Assembly (NCBI GenBank): GCA_039921625.1
Contig: JBDSBL010000088.1
Location: 1 to 46,155, forward strand
From: Chitinophagaceae bacterium
Lineage (GTDB): Bacteria; Bacteroidota; Bacteroidia; Chitinophagales; Chitinophagaceae
Direction of reading: 5' to 3'
DNA length: 46,155 bases
Every line of letters starts with the position of its first letter. Position 1 is the stretch's first letter. A model generated the notes under the pieces. It was not told where the DNA came from. It ran no database searches and saw only the letters and a program-made list of their open reading frames with translations. Made by a program: the position numbers and the translations under genes. This document shows, piece after piece, positions 19,929 to 29,259 of the stretch.

Positions 19929-20858
19929 CTAATGTTGTTTTTTAAAATCTATTTTATGCAATTTATTTTGCTGTAATAATTCTTTATGAATATTATCTAA
20001 AATACCATTTACAAACTGACCACTTTGCTGCGTGCTGTAATCTTTTGCCAGCTCTATGTATTCGTTGATAGTTACTTTGGGTGGAATGGTTTCAAAATAA
20101 AGAAATTCGGCAACTCCCATTTTCATAAGGATCATATCAAGTGCTGCAATTCTTTCGCTATCCCAGTTTTTTAGTTTGGGAAAAATATACTCTTCCAACT
20201 GAGCATCTTTTTCTAATACGGTAGCTAAAAGAAGTTTTGCAAACTGGGCTTTGTCTGCACTTACAAACTGACCAAAATCGGCAGAACCCGGTTTTTGCAA
20301 ATAGGCCTTTACGAGCTGCACTACCATTTCTCCATCGTCGTCCCAATTGTTATAATGTTCTTCCAAATGAGAAATAAAGGATTCATTGGGCAGCAGCAAT
20401 TCTTCGAAAATATAATCCATCATTTCCTTTTCTTCCTTTTTATCGCGGGTAGAGGAGGTGATGTATTTTTTGTAAGCATCCGTTGCTGAAAGGGCAAGGT
20501 ACATTTTGCGTACCAGGGTTTTATCGAGCTGGTGTTCGGGCTTATTTCGATCCCACTCTGCTTTTAAAGAAGCATCTTCTTTTATCTTCCAAAGCCACTC
20601 ATTGCCGGCAATTTTAATATTGACATTAAGGTCTGCTTCATTAGGCAAATGCTTGCTAATGCGGTTGTAGGAGTCTTGCTCCGCATAGGCGGCTACTTCG
20701 GTAATAAAGTAAATGAAATATTGAAAAAGTTCTTTCGAACCATCAAAATGTTTTTGAAGTATTTTCTGTGGTTCGCCGGGTTTTACATTATTATCAAGGG
20801 TACTCAATGTGTACAAAGCCTGCATCACTTTCACCCTGATATTCCTTCTGCTGATCAT
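19929..20858 (-). CDS. nusB: Transcription antitermination factor NusB (long Bacteroidota form)
   Basis: MISRRNIRVKVMQ, WDSERIA, IPPKVTINEYIELAK.YS and FVNGILD motifs. Confidence 0.95.
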   Translation of the reverse strand: MISRRNIRVKVMQALYTLSTLDNNVKPGEPQKILQKHFDGSKELFQYFIYFITEVAAYAEQDSYNRISKHLPNEADLNVNIKIAGNEWLWKIKEDASLKAEWDRNKPEHQLDKTLVRKMYLALSATDAYKKYITSSTRDKKEEKEMMDYIFEELLLPNESFISHLEEHYNNWDDDGEMVVQLVKAYLQKPGSADFGQFVSADKAQFAKLLLATVLEKDAQLEEYIFPKLKNWDSERIAALDMILMKMGVAEFLYFETIPPKVTINEYIELAKDYSTQQSGQFVNGILDNIHKELLQQNKLHKIDFKKQH

Positions 20859-21168
20859 ACTTTAAGAGCTATTTGGGCGGCGAAGATAGGGAAGGGCGAC
20901 CACTAAAGGTTGGTGAAAACGGCTTTTTTAAAGCTGCGGAATTTAAGGTTTAATCAAAATTTTATTATAGCAAGAGAGATAACTACATTTCAAATCGCAC
21001 ACGTTCCTTTTAAATAAAACAAACCCTTCCGTATTATAAGGCTACCTTTAAAAAACATTTGAGTTCGGCCATTAATAATTGGTTTGCCCCTCGTCCGTTC
21101 ATTCTTCCGATCACTTATTACTACTCTTTTTACTGCCCTTCATCAAATAGAAATTATAAACGTTTTTT

Positions 21169-21465
21169 ATGAATATATATGTATCAAGCCTAAGCCCTAA
21201 TATTACTGAAGCTGCTTTAAAAGAATTATTTACTTCAGTGGGTGAGGTGAGTAGCCTTAAGTTAATTACGGATCGTTTTTCCGGTGCATCCAGAGGTTTT
21301 GCTTTTGTAGAAATGCCTAATGAAGAAGAAGGGCAGGCTGCCTTAGATAAATTAAATAATACTGAAATGGAAGGCAAATTGATATCAGTAAAAGTTGCCC
21401 GTCCCAAAGAAGAAAATCCAGGATCATTTGGACCAAGAAATAGCGGTGGATATAAAAAGTTTTAG
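21169..21465 (+). CDS. RRM-domain RNA-binding protein
   Basis: RNP2 (NIYVSSL) and RNP1 (RGFAFVEM) motifs, with a Gly-containing tail. Confidence 0.93.
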   Translation: MNIYVSSLSPNITEAALKELFTSVGEVSSLKLITDRFSGASRGFAFVEMPNEEEGQAALDKLNNTEMEGKLISVKVARPKEENPGSFGPRNSGGYKKF

Positions 21466-21532
21466 GTATTGAAGCAGAAGGCTGAAACCAATTTTTATTT
21501 AAGTCATCACCTATATTTATTTATAATTTTTT

Positions 21533-21832
21533 ATGAATGCACTTCCTAAAAATTACACGATCTCCCCTTTTGTTCCTTCCAAGTTTTTTGAAAATAATCC
21601 AAACATCACTTTCAACTACACCTCATTAAGCCTTTGGCAAATGATGGAATTGAAACGGTTTGCACGGGTTACTTTCCTGTTCTTATTTTATGATTACGGC
21701 TATAATTGTTCTACACAAAAAGGAAGAGGTACCCTAAAGGTTAGCCGCTTGAAAGCCTGGAACAAAAATGAATTAGCTGAATTTGAATTGATCACCGGGC
21801 AGAGCTGGGCAAATTTCTGTTCCTACTTATAA
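21533..21832 (+). CDS. Hypothetical protein (orphan, 99 aa)
   Basis: ATG-started ORF filling the gap between the RRM gene and the groES promoter; no recognisable motif. Confidence 0.45.
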   Translation: MNALPKNYTISPFVPSKFFENNPNITFNYTSLSLWQMMELKRFARVTFLFLFYDYGYNCSTQKGRGTLKVSRLKAWNKNELAEFELITGQSWANFCSYL

Positions 21833-21954
21833 AGATTTCCATTTTAGAAAAGCATTACTAAGAAAAGTGCAAAAATGGCACAAACTATAAAATGGAAGGC
21901 AATTGTTTATGCCAATCCAATACTAACCTGTAATTTTTTCCGCTTCTGAGGGCA

Positions 21955-21978
21955 TGGCACACTATTCGCCTACCTTTG
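21955..21978 (+). promoter_or_regulatory. groESL promoter region: sigma54-type -24/-12 (TGGCAC-N6-CGC) next to the housekeeping -7 element TACCTTTG
   Basis: GG at 21956-57 and GC at 21968-69 are 10 nt apart; TACCTTTG at 21971-21978. Confidence 0.55.
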
Positions 21979-22040
21979 CCGTCCTGCAGAACGCAGATAA
22001 AGACATTAATTTTTTCATTAAACCCCAAAATCATAAACGT

Positions 22041-22322
22041 ATGGCTAACAAAGTAAATGTTACCCCATTGCACGACAGAGTGATCGTAAAAGCTGCCGCT
22101 GCTGAAGAAAAAACTGCCGGTGGTATCATTATCCCGGACACTGCAAAAGAAAAACCTCAAAAAGGTGTTGTAATAGCAGCAGGGCCTGGCAAAAAAGATG
22201 AGCCGGTAACAGTAAAAGAAGGTGACACCGTGTTGTATGGTAAATATGCCGGAACAGAAATCTCTATTGAAGGTGAAGAATACCTTATTATGAGAGAGAG
22301 CGATATTCTTGCTATCGTATAA
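22041..22322 (+). CDS. groES: Co-chaperonin GroES
   Basis: [32 protein letters not shown] and MRESDILA; true start at ATG 22041. Confidence 0.98.
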   Translation: MANKVNVTPLHDRVIVKAAAAEEKTAGGIIIPDTAKEKPQKGVVIAAGPGKKDEPVTVKEGDTVLYGKYAGTEISIEGEEYLIMRESDILAIV

Positions 22323-22350
22323 TCCTTTTCAAAAGGAAAAAACAAAAATA

Positions 22351-22378
22351 AAATCGTTAATCTAAAATCGTAAATCGA
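22351..22378 (+). repeat. Degenerate heptamer tandem repeat (AAATCGT-like, 4 copies)
   Basis: aaatcgt taatcta aaatcgt aaatcga in the groES-groEL spacer. Confidence 0.6.
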
Positions 22379-22384
22379 ATTAAT

Positions 22385-24025
22385 ATGGCTAAGCAATTAT
22401 TTTTTGAAACCGATGCCCGCAATAAAATGAAGAAGGGTGTTGATGTTTTAGCAAATGCTGTTAAGGTTACATTAGGCCCAAAAGGTCGTAATGTAGTGAT
22501 CGAGAAAAAATTTGGTTCTCCCTCTGTTACTAAAGATGGTGTGACCGTTGCTAAAGAAATTGAACTGGAAGACGCTATCGAGAATATGGGAGCGCAAATG
22601 GTAAAAGAAGTAGCTTCTAAAACAGCTGATATAGCTGGTGATGGTACTACTACTGCTACTGTATTGGCTCAGGCAATCATTACCGAAGGCTTGAAAAACG
22701 TGGCTGCAGGTGCCAATCCAATGGATCTGAAGCGTGGTATTGATAAAGCAGTGAAAGTAGTTGTAGCTAATTTAAAAGCACAGTCACAGGAAGTTGGAAA
22801 CGACAACCAAAAGATTGAGCAGGTAGCCACTATCTCTGCTAATAACGATAGCGAAATTGGTAAACTGATTGCTGAGGCAATGGCTAAAGTTTCTAAAGAT
22901 GGTGTGATCACTATTGAAGAAGCTAAGGGAATTGAAACTGGTATTGAAGTAGTAGAAGGAATGCAGTTTGACCGTGGTTACATCTCTCCTTACTTTGTTA
23001 CCAATAGCGAAAAGATGGAAGCAGAATTAGAGAATCCTTACATCCTTATTTATGATAAGAAGGTAAGCTCTATGAAAGATATTTTGCACATTTTGGAGAA
23101 AGTTGCGCAGCAAGGTGCTCCTCTAGTAATAATTGCAGAAGATCTTGAAGGCGAAGCCTTAGCTACATTGGTAGTAAATAAATTACGTGGAACGTTGAAA
23201 GTAGCTGCTGTTAAAGCTCCTGGCTTTGGCGACCGTCGTAAGGAAATGCTACAGGATATTGCTATCCTTACAAAAGGAATCGTGATCTCTGAAGAGCAAG
23301 GGTACAAATTAGAAAATGCAGACCTTACTTATTTAGGTCGTGCAGAAAGAATTGTAATTGACAAAGACAATACCGTTGTGGTTGGTGGCAAAGGTGAGAA
23401 GGAAGCAATTAACGGACGTATCAACCAGATCAAAGCGCAGATTGAAACAACTACATCTGATTACGATAAAGAAAAATTACAAGAGCGTTTAGCCAAGTTG
23501 AGTGGTGGTGTGGCTGTATTGCATGTAGGTGCTGCTACAGAAGTAGAGATGAAAGAAAAGAAAGACCGTGTGGATGATGCATTGCATGCAACCCGTGCTG
23601 CTGTTGAAGAAGGTATTGTACCAGGCGGTGGTGTAGCGTATGTACGTGCAATTGCTGCTTTGGATTCTATTGAAACGTTGAATGATGACGAGGAAACAGG
23701 GGTACAGATTGTACGTCGTTCTTTGGAAGAACCTCTTCGCCAGATTGTTGAAAACTGCGGTATTGAAGGTAGTGTAGTAGTTAATAAAGTAAAAGAAGGC
23801 AAAGGCGATTTTGGTTTCAATGCACGCACAGAGGTTTATGAAAACCTGATTGGTGCTGGTGTTATTGACCCAACCAAAGTAAGCCGTATTGCTCTTGAAA
23901 ATGCAGCTTCTATTGCCGGTATGTTATTAACAACCGAGTGTGTGATTGCTGATAAGCCGGAACCAAAATCTGCAGCAGGTGCTCCTCATGGAATGCCGGG
24001 TGGCGGAATGGGAATGGATTATTAA
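22385..24025 (+). CDS. groEL: Chaperonin GroEL
   Basis: [42 protein letters not shown] and GGM tail. Confidence 0.99.
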   Translation: MAKQLFFETDARNKMKKGVDVLANAVKVTLGPKGRNVVIEKKFGSPSVTKDGVTVAKEIELEDAIENMGAQMVKEVASKTADIAGDGTTTATVLAQAIITEGLKNVAAGANPMDLKRGIDKAVKVVVANLKAQSQEVGNDNQKIEQVATISANNDSEIGKLIAEAMAKVSKDGVITIEEAKGIETGIEVVEGMQFDRGYISPYFVTNSEKMEAELENPYILIYDKKVSSMKDILHILEKVAQQGAPLVIIAEDLEGEALATLVVNKLRGTLKVAAVKAPGFGDRRKEMLQDIAILTKGIVISEEQGYKLENADLTYLGRAERIVIDKDNTVVVGGKGEKEAINGRINQIKAQIETTTSDYDKEKLQERLAKLSGGVAVLHVGAATEVEMKEKKDRVDDALHATRAAVEEGIVPGGGVAYVRAIAALDSIETLNDDEETGVQIVRRSLEEPLRQIVENCGIEGSVVVNKVKEGKGDFGFNARTEVYENLIGAGVIDPTKVSRIALENAASIAGMLLTTECVIADKPEPKSAAGAPHGMPGGGMGMDY

Positions 24026-24050
24026 TCCCCAGATTATTAAGTATTGTTAT

Positions 24051-24081
24051 AAAAAAGCCCCAAATTATATTGGGGCTTTTT
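24051..24081. terminator. Bidirectional Rho-independent terminator
   Basis: AAAAAAGCCCCAA/TTGGGGCTTTTT between groEL and the KGG gene. Confidence 0.9.
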
Positions 24082-24127
24082 ATTTACGGTAAAAATAATT
24101 AAATCGAAGATTAAGTATTTAGAAAAC

Positions 24128-24436
24128 TTAACCTCTTTCCTCGCTTGTTGTTCGTTTACCTCCTTGTTGTCCTCCTTTTTTTCCTGCCTTCTTTGCTTCT
24201 TCTGATGTCCATCGGTGCGCCACACCTTGCAAGTGTGCTGCTTTTCCGCCTTGGCGGGCAATGTCCTTTTGCTTTTGCGGATCCATGGCGGCAAAGCCCC
24301 GATTAGCAGTTCGTTTGCCGGATTTTGCTTCCCCGGAACGTTCCTGCATCAATTCATTTTCCCGGCCATTTGTATTAGATAAATTTTGTGATTCTTGGTT
24401 ATCGCTATTGGCGGGCGTATAAATTTCTTCATTCAT
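24128..24436 (-). CDS. KGG-repeat general stress protein
   Basis: RGFAAMDPQKQKDIARQGGKA..AHRWTSEEAKKAGKKGG. Confidence 0.9.
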   Translation of the reverse strand: MNEEIYTPANSDNQESQNLSNTNGRENELMQERSGEAKSGKRTANRGFAAMDPQKQKDIARQGGKAAHLQGVAHRWTSEEAKKAGKKGGQQGGKRTTSEERG

Positions 24437-24890
24437 GGCATTTTTATTTAAGGGTTTAAATAGGGCACAAAAAAATAATGCCGACGTATTTTATTAAGAT
24501 TCAAAAGCTGTTTTTCGTAGCCCCAATTACCTTGAATCCCAATTGTTTTATAATTGGTTTTAGAATTCTAAAAAACAATAAACAATACGGGAAATGTACT
24601 GAAGAATATTTTGCACATGTGCAATTGAAACTGTTTTGAAATAGGTATCAATTTTCTTAAAAACTGTGCGTAATTGCGGCTTTTTCGTAATAAACCTTTG
24701 AATGCATTTTGATTAACATATATATCGATTACTTTTGCGCTCGAATTAGCAATGGTAGGTTGTAGAATCCCATAAAACTTAATTCAATAAAGCCTGCTGA
24801 GTAAAGAGTAATACTAGTTCCATCGGGCTTTGTACGTATTAAACTTTCTAGAAGGAGGTTTGTCTATAGTCACAATTAAATCGTATAAAT

Positions 24891-25586
24891 ATGAAAATCA
24901 AAATTGTATCGTTTTGCGCAGCTGCTTTCTTGTTTTTATCTAATGGTGCATCTGCACAATCAGGCACTCAGTTACGAGGTGGTCTGAATCTGGCCAATAT
25001 TTCTGTTACTGATAATGGAAGAGTGGATGAAGCCAACACATTGACTTCGTTCCATATTGGGTTTGTAAAAGATATATCTTTTGGAAGTGTTGTTTCCATT
25101 CAGCCGGGCATTTTATTTACCGGAAAAGGTTCTAAAACCCAGAAAGGAACGGAAACATCTGCCACCTATTATAAATCTACTTTCAATCCTTACTATATAG
25201 AAGTGCCGGTAAATCTGGTATTGAAAGCGCCGATTGGTATGGGTTCTAAGTTTTTTGTAGGCGCAGGTCCTTATGCTGCAGTTGGTGTATCTGGCAAAAA
25301 CAAAGTAGAAGGAAAATATTTAGGAGTTGGTTTTAATAGAGAAAAAAATATTGAATTTTCTAACGATGACCCAACTACTTTAAATTATGAAGAGGGTGCA
25401 GGTTTCGGAATTGTGAAGCGTTTTGATTACGGCCTAAATGGTACTGCTGGAATTGAAGGAAAATCAATAGTTCTTGGTGCCAATTATGGTCTTGGATTAG
25501 CTAAAATTCAATCTGGTGGTAATAGCTCAGCAGACAATAACAATAAGAACAGAGTGCTGTCTATTTTCGTAGGAATTAAATTGTAA
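24891..25586 (+). CDS. Outer-membrane beta-barrel protein (porin family, OMP_b-brl_2-like)
   Basis: Signal peptide; GGLNLAN, SIQPGILF..KG, YIEVPVNL, GAGPY, and alternating C-terminal strand SIFVGIKL. Confidence 0.88.
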   Translation: MKIKIVSFCAAAFLFLSNGASAQSGTQLRGGLNLANISVTDNGRVDEANTLTSFHIGFVKDISFGSVVSIQPGILFTGKGSKTQKGTETSATYYKSTFNPYYIEVPVNLVLKAPIGMGSKFFVGAGPYAAVGVSGKNKVEGKYLGVGFNREKNIEFSNDDPTTLNYEEGAGFGIVKRFDYGLNGTAGIEGKSIVLGANYGLGLAKIQSGGNSSADNNNKNRVLSIFVGIKL

Positions 25587-25603
25587 GAGAATATTATTTA
25601 TTT

Positions 25604-25642
25604 AGAGCCCGATCAGAGGTATGGCACTTCTGATCGGGCTTT
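25604..25642 (+). terminator. Long-stem terminator after the beta-barrel gene
   Basis: AGAGCCCGATCAGAGGT-ATGGC-ACTTCTGATCGGGCTTT. Confidence 0.8.
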
Positions 25643-25704
25643 ATTGTTTGTGTTACTAGGTTTTTGATTCAGCATAAAAAACACCGAAGAGTTATCTTCG
25701 CAGC

Positions 25705-26106
25705 ATGCGGTATGTAAAAGGATTAGCAGTGGTGACTTGTATTGTATTGTGCATTTCTTGTTTTTTCCCTTGGGCAGGAATTCCATCAAAAAATCTAATG
25801 ATCACCGGTGTAAATACAACCGGAACTTCTTTTGGTAAACCCGGATATTTACATTTATTTTTTGCAGGTCTGTTCCTTTTATTTTTATTAATTAATAGGA
25901 TAGGAGCATACCGCGCCAATATATTCATTGCCGGTTTTAATATGGGTTGGGCGTTAAGAAATTATATTTTAATAACAGCTTGTGAGGGTGGAGAATGCCC
26001 TCAAAAATATGGTGCATTGTACCTGGTGGTTTTGAGTTCCGTTGCACTTCTTACTCTTTCCTTTTTTGGTGGAAAACTAAAAGTAGTGCCTTCACAAAAA
26101 GATTAA
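25705..26106 (+). CDS. Hypothetical membrane protein
   Basis: Four hydrophobic segments, FGKPG and C-x4-CP motif; TATCTTCG -7 element at 25693-25700. Confidence 0.78.
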   Translation: MRYVKGLAVVTCIVLCISCFFPWAGIPSKNLMITGVNTTGTSFGKPGYLHLFFAGLFLLFLLINRIGAYRANIFIAGFNMGWALRNYILITACEGGECPQKYGALYLVVLSSVALLTLSFFGGKLKVVPSQKD

Positions 26107-26139
26107 GTCATCAAATTTTTTAAATACTAAAAAGGGCGA

Positions 26140-27396
26140 TTATTTGGTTTGTACCTTTTCCCCAAATGCAAGGAAAACCTTTGATATAATATTGATGCAT
26201 TCATCCATTTGATCCTGTGTTATTACAAGTGGTGGAGCCAGCCGGATCTTATCTCCATGTGTTGGTTTGGCCAACAAACCTTCCTCTTTTAAACGAAGGC
26301 ATATTTTCCAGGCAGCATCTTTATCAGTATGCACAATTTCAATGGCATTTAATAATCCCTTACCTCTTACCACTTTAATAAAAGGTAAGTCCAGGCCTGA
26401 TAACTTTTTTCTAAAATAAAGGCCAAGTGTTGCTGCATTATCGGCAAGTTTCTCATCCATTAATACTTCCAGTGCTGCAATGGCCACTTTGCTGGCAAGG
26501 GGATTGCCACCATAGGTTGAACCATGTTCACCGGGTTTTATAGTTAGCATTATATCATCATTGGCAAGCACTGCACTTATGGGTAGGAAACCTCCGCTTA
26601 ATGCTTTTCCAAGTATTAAAATATGTGGATGTACTTCTTCATGATCGCAGGCAAGGAGCTTTCCCGTGCGGCATAATCCGGTTTGAATTTCATCAGCTAT
26701 AAAGAGTACATTGGCGCGGTCACACAGTTCTTTTGCCTTTTTTAAATAACCATGATCCGGTACCACCACGCCGGCTTCGCCCTGTATTGGTTCCACTAAA
26801 AAACCTGCAATATTTTTAGATTGTAATACTTCTTTCAAGGCCTCCAAATCATTGAACGGAATCTTTATAAATCCAGGACTGAAAGGACCAAAATTGGTAT
26901 AAGCAGAAGGGTCTGTACTAAAGGAAATTACGGTGGACGTTCTTCCGTGAAAGTTGCCATCACATACAATAATAACCGCTTCATTTTCTGGAATACCCTT
27001 TACCAGATAGCCCCAATGACGGGCTAATTTAAGCGCCGTTTCTACTGCCTCTACTCCAGTATTCATCGGCAATACCTTGTCATATCCAAATAGTTGGGTT
27101 ATGTATTTTTCATAAAGTCCCAGCTGATCATTGTGAAAAGCCCTACTGGTAAGCGTAAGCTGTTGCGCCTGTTCTATTAATGCCGCTAATATTTTTGGAT
27201 GGCAGTGGCCTTGGTTTACAGCAGAATAACCGCTTAAGAAATCGTAATATCTTTTGCCGTCCACATCCCACAAAAAAACTCCTTCTCCCTTTTGCAATAC
27301 CACGGGCAGCGGGTGATAATTGTGTGCACCGAATTGCTCCTCTAATTGTAAAAAATACTGCGAACTATTGATGGGTGTTGTATTCGTTGTCATCAT
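26140..27396 (-). CDS. rocD: Ornithine--oxo-acid aminotransferase
   Basis: [47 protein letters not shown] and HGSTYGGNP motifs. Confidence 0.96.
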   Translation of the reverse strand: MMTTNTTPINSSQYFLQLEEQFGAHNYHPLPVVLQKGEGVFLWDVDGKRYYDFLSGYSAVNQGHCHPKILAALIEQAQQLTLTSRAFHNDQLGLYEKYITQLFGYDKVLPMNTGVEAVETALKLARHWGYLVKGIPENEAVIIVCDGNFHGRTSTVISFSTDPSAYTNFGPFSPGFIKIPFNDLEALKEVLQSKNIAGFLVEPIQGEAGVVVPDHGYLKKAKELCDRANVLFIADEIQTGLCRTGKLLACDHEEVHPHILILGKALSGGFLPISAVLANDDIMLTIKPGEHGSTYGGNPLASKVAIAALEVLMDEKLADNAATLGLYFRKKLSGLDLPFIKVVRGKGLLNAIEIVHTDKDAAWKICLRLKEEGLLAKPTHGDKIRLAPPLVITQDQMDECINIISKVFLAFGEKVQTK

Positions 27397-27530
27397 GAAA
27401 ATTGATAAAAGATTAAATAAAAAGATGTAAAAAAGAATTGAATCTTTTAACCAACATGATCGAGGAAATCAAGGTTCAGGTCGAGAAAGTGAAAGAAAAA
27501 AATAGAGGATAATTTCATTGCTACCACAAG

Positions 27531-28349
27531 TTAACACTCTTTCACAAGATAAGAAGTTGGAAGCGGCACATTGAATAAAATCTCTTTTTCAAAAATACCA
27601 AAAACGGTAGCGCCACTCCCAGTCATAGAGGCATACAGCGCACCAGCGCCATATAAGGTTTCTTTAAGTTTATGAATAGGTGGGTAGGCTACAAAAACTT
27701 CCTTTTCAAAGTCATTTACCAATCCCTCTTTCCAATACTGTATAGGCTGCGAAATAACACTGTCAATTGATTCTTTGTGCGCACCCAATTTAATCTGACT
27801 AAATGCCCAGGCTGTAGGAATATAGATTCCGGGATTTACAATGACTATTTTATAAGAAGAAAGGTCAAGTGATATTTCTTTCAAATCTTCTCCTCTTCCA
27901 CCCGCAAGGCAAGGTTTATTTTTAATAAAAAATGGGCAGTCGCTACCAAGAAGTAGTGCATAGTTTAAAAGCTGTTGTTCTTCCAGACCCAGATTAAATT
28001 TTTGGTTGAGCAACAGTAAAGTAAAAGCACCATTGGCACTTCCACCGCCTAGTCCGGCACCGATGGGCACAGTTTTGTGCAGGTGAATAAGTACGTGAGG
28101 TAAAAGTGGAAAATCTTTTTTTAAAAGCTGATACGCTTTGTAGCAAGTGTTTTCGGCCTTGCTAGCGTTGATGGAAATCCCAGATATCTGCACTTCGCAA
28201 GCTTCCTTACTTTCGTCATTTCTTATTATTTCCACCGCATCATACCACTGAACAGGATAAAAAACGGTTTCAAGATTGTGATAACCATCGGTTCTTTTAC
28301 CGGTGATGTGCAGCCCTAAATTAATTTTGCAATTGGAGAAAAAGATCAC
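27531..28349 (-). CDS. ispE: 4-diphosphocytidyl-2C-methyl-D-erythritol kinase
   Basis: KINLGL, DGYHNLET, GAGLGGGSAN, LGSDCPFF and MTGSG; GTG start. Confidence 0.95.
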   Translation of the reverse strand: MIFFSNCKINLGLHITGKRTDGYHNLETVFYPVQWYDAVEIIRNDESKEACEVQISGISINASKAENTCYKAYQLLKKDFPLLPHVLIHLHKTVPIGAGLGGGSANGAFTLLLLNQKFNLGLEEQQLLNYALLLGSDCPFFIKNKPCLAGGRGEDLKEISLDLSSYKIVIVNPGIYIPTAWAFSQIKLGAHKESIDSVISQPIQYWKEGLVNDFEKEVFVAYPPIHKLKETLYGAGALYASMTGSGATVFGIFEKEILFNVPLPTSYLVKEC

Positions 28350-28414
28350 CGATTTTATGATTTATGATTGAAGTCGGTGTTTCCGATATGAATGTATTTA
28401 GCTGTGTGCTAATC

Positions 28415-29017
28415 TTATTGATTTTTTTTCCGGCTATTGATCTCATCGCGTATAGCAATGGCCCGGATGTAATCTTCCTGATCCAGAACTTCATTGAGTA
28501 ATGTATCTAATTCTTCAAGAGAAAGGGCCTTCAGGTCATGATTTACTCCCGGTTCTTCTTCAATAGTTGGTGTGGTTACTTTTCGTTTTTTTCCTGGTGT
28601 TCCCGTGTCTTCCATTAGTATGCCGGCACTTTCCAAAATATGTTCGTAAGTATAAACCGGGCATCCAAACCGTACTGCAAGGGCCAATGCATCTGAAGTG
28701 CGGGAATCAATTTCAATGGTGTCTGTATCTGATGAGCAAACCAATTTTGAATAAAAAATGCCTTCCTGTAAATCGGAGATTATTATTTCGTGCAGATCGA
28801 TATTAAAAGCTGACATGAAATTTTTCATCAGGTCGTGGGTTAGGGGCCGGCTTGGCTGCATTTTTTCCAATGCAACCGCAATAGCTTGAGCTTCAAATCC
28901 TCCTATCACTATGGGCAGTCTTCTTAATCCATTCATTTCTCCAAGTACTACAGCATAGGAATGGGTTTGCGTTATACTATGTGAGAGCGCTACTATTTCC
29001 AATTCTATTTTCTTCAT
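28415..29017 (-). CDS. Bifunctional nuclease family protein (DUF151) with C-terminal UVR domain
   Basis: LPIVIG.FEAQAI, RPLTHDL, IDSRTSDALALA and EDYIRAIAIRDE. Confidence 0.92.
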   Translation of the reverse strand: MKKIELEIVALSHSITQTHSYAVVLGEMNGLRRLPIVIGGFEAQAIAVALEKMQPSRPLTHDLMKNFMSAFNIDLHEIIISDLQEGIFYSKLVCSSDTDTIEIDSRTSDALALAVRFGCPVYTYEHILESAGILMEDTGTPGKKRKVTTPTIEEEPGVNHDLKALSLEELDTLLNEVLDQEDYIRAIAIRDEINSRKKNQ

Positions 29018-29203
29018 AACCTACTTCTACCTTTCAAAAAAATCAAAATTAACGAGTAATGTAAAAAGAATGAAATATGGTTTTAGCCTTCATCTCATTC
29101 CTTATTCCAAAAAAAATACCTCTTTCTATATTTCTTTTATTAACCTAATTGGCAAATTTATTTTTAAAAAAATAATTTATAAATTCAGCCTTAAGTATAA
29201 AAT

Positions 29204-29235
29204 AAAAGCCAAATGAAAATACGTCATTTGGCTTT
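29204..29235 (-). terminator. Rho-independent terminator after etfA
   Basis: AAAGCCAAATGA/TCATTTGGCTTT stem. Confidence 0.78.
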
Positions 29236-29259
29236 AGTATAAAGATTGATTTCAATGGT

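Noticed and set aside
21954-22040. N-terminal extension of GroES, and similar extensions at 9111, 15610, 19914, 31078 and 42689
   Set aside because: The upstream in-frame starts fall in promoter or leader DNA; the family-typical N-termini begin at the downstream ATGs.
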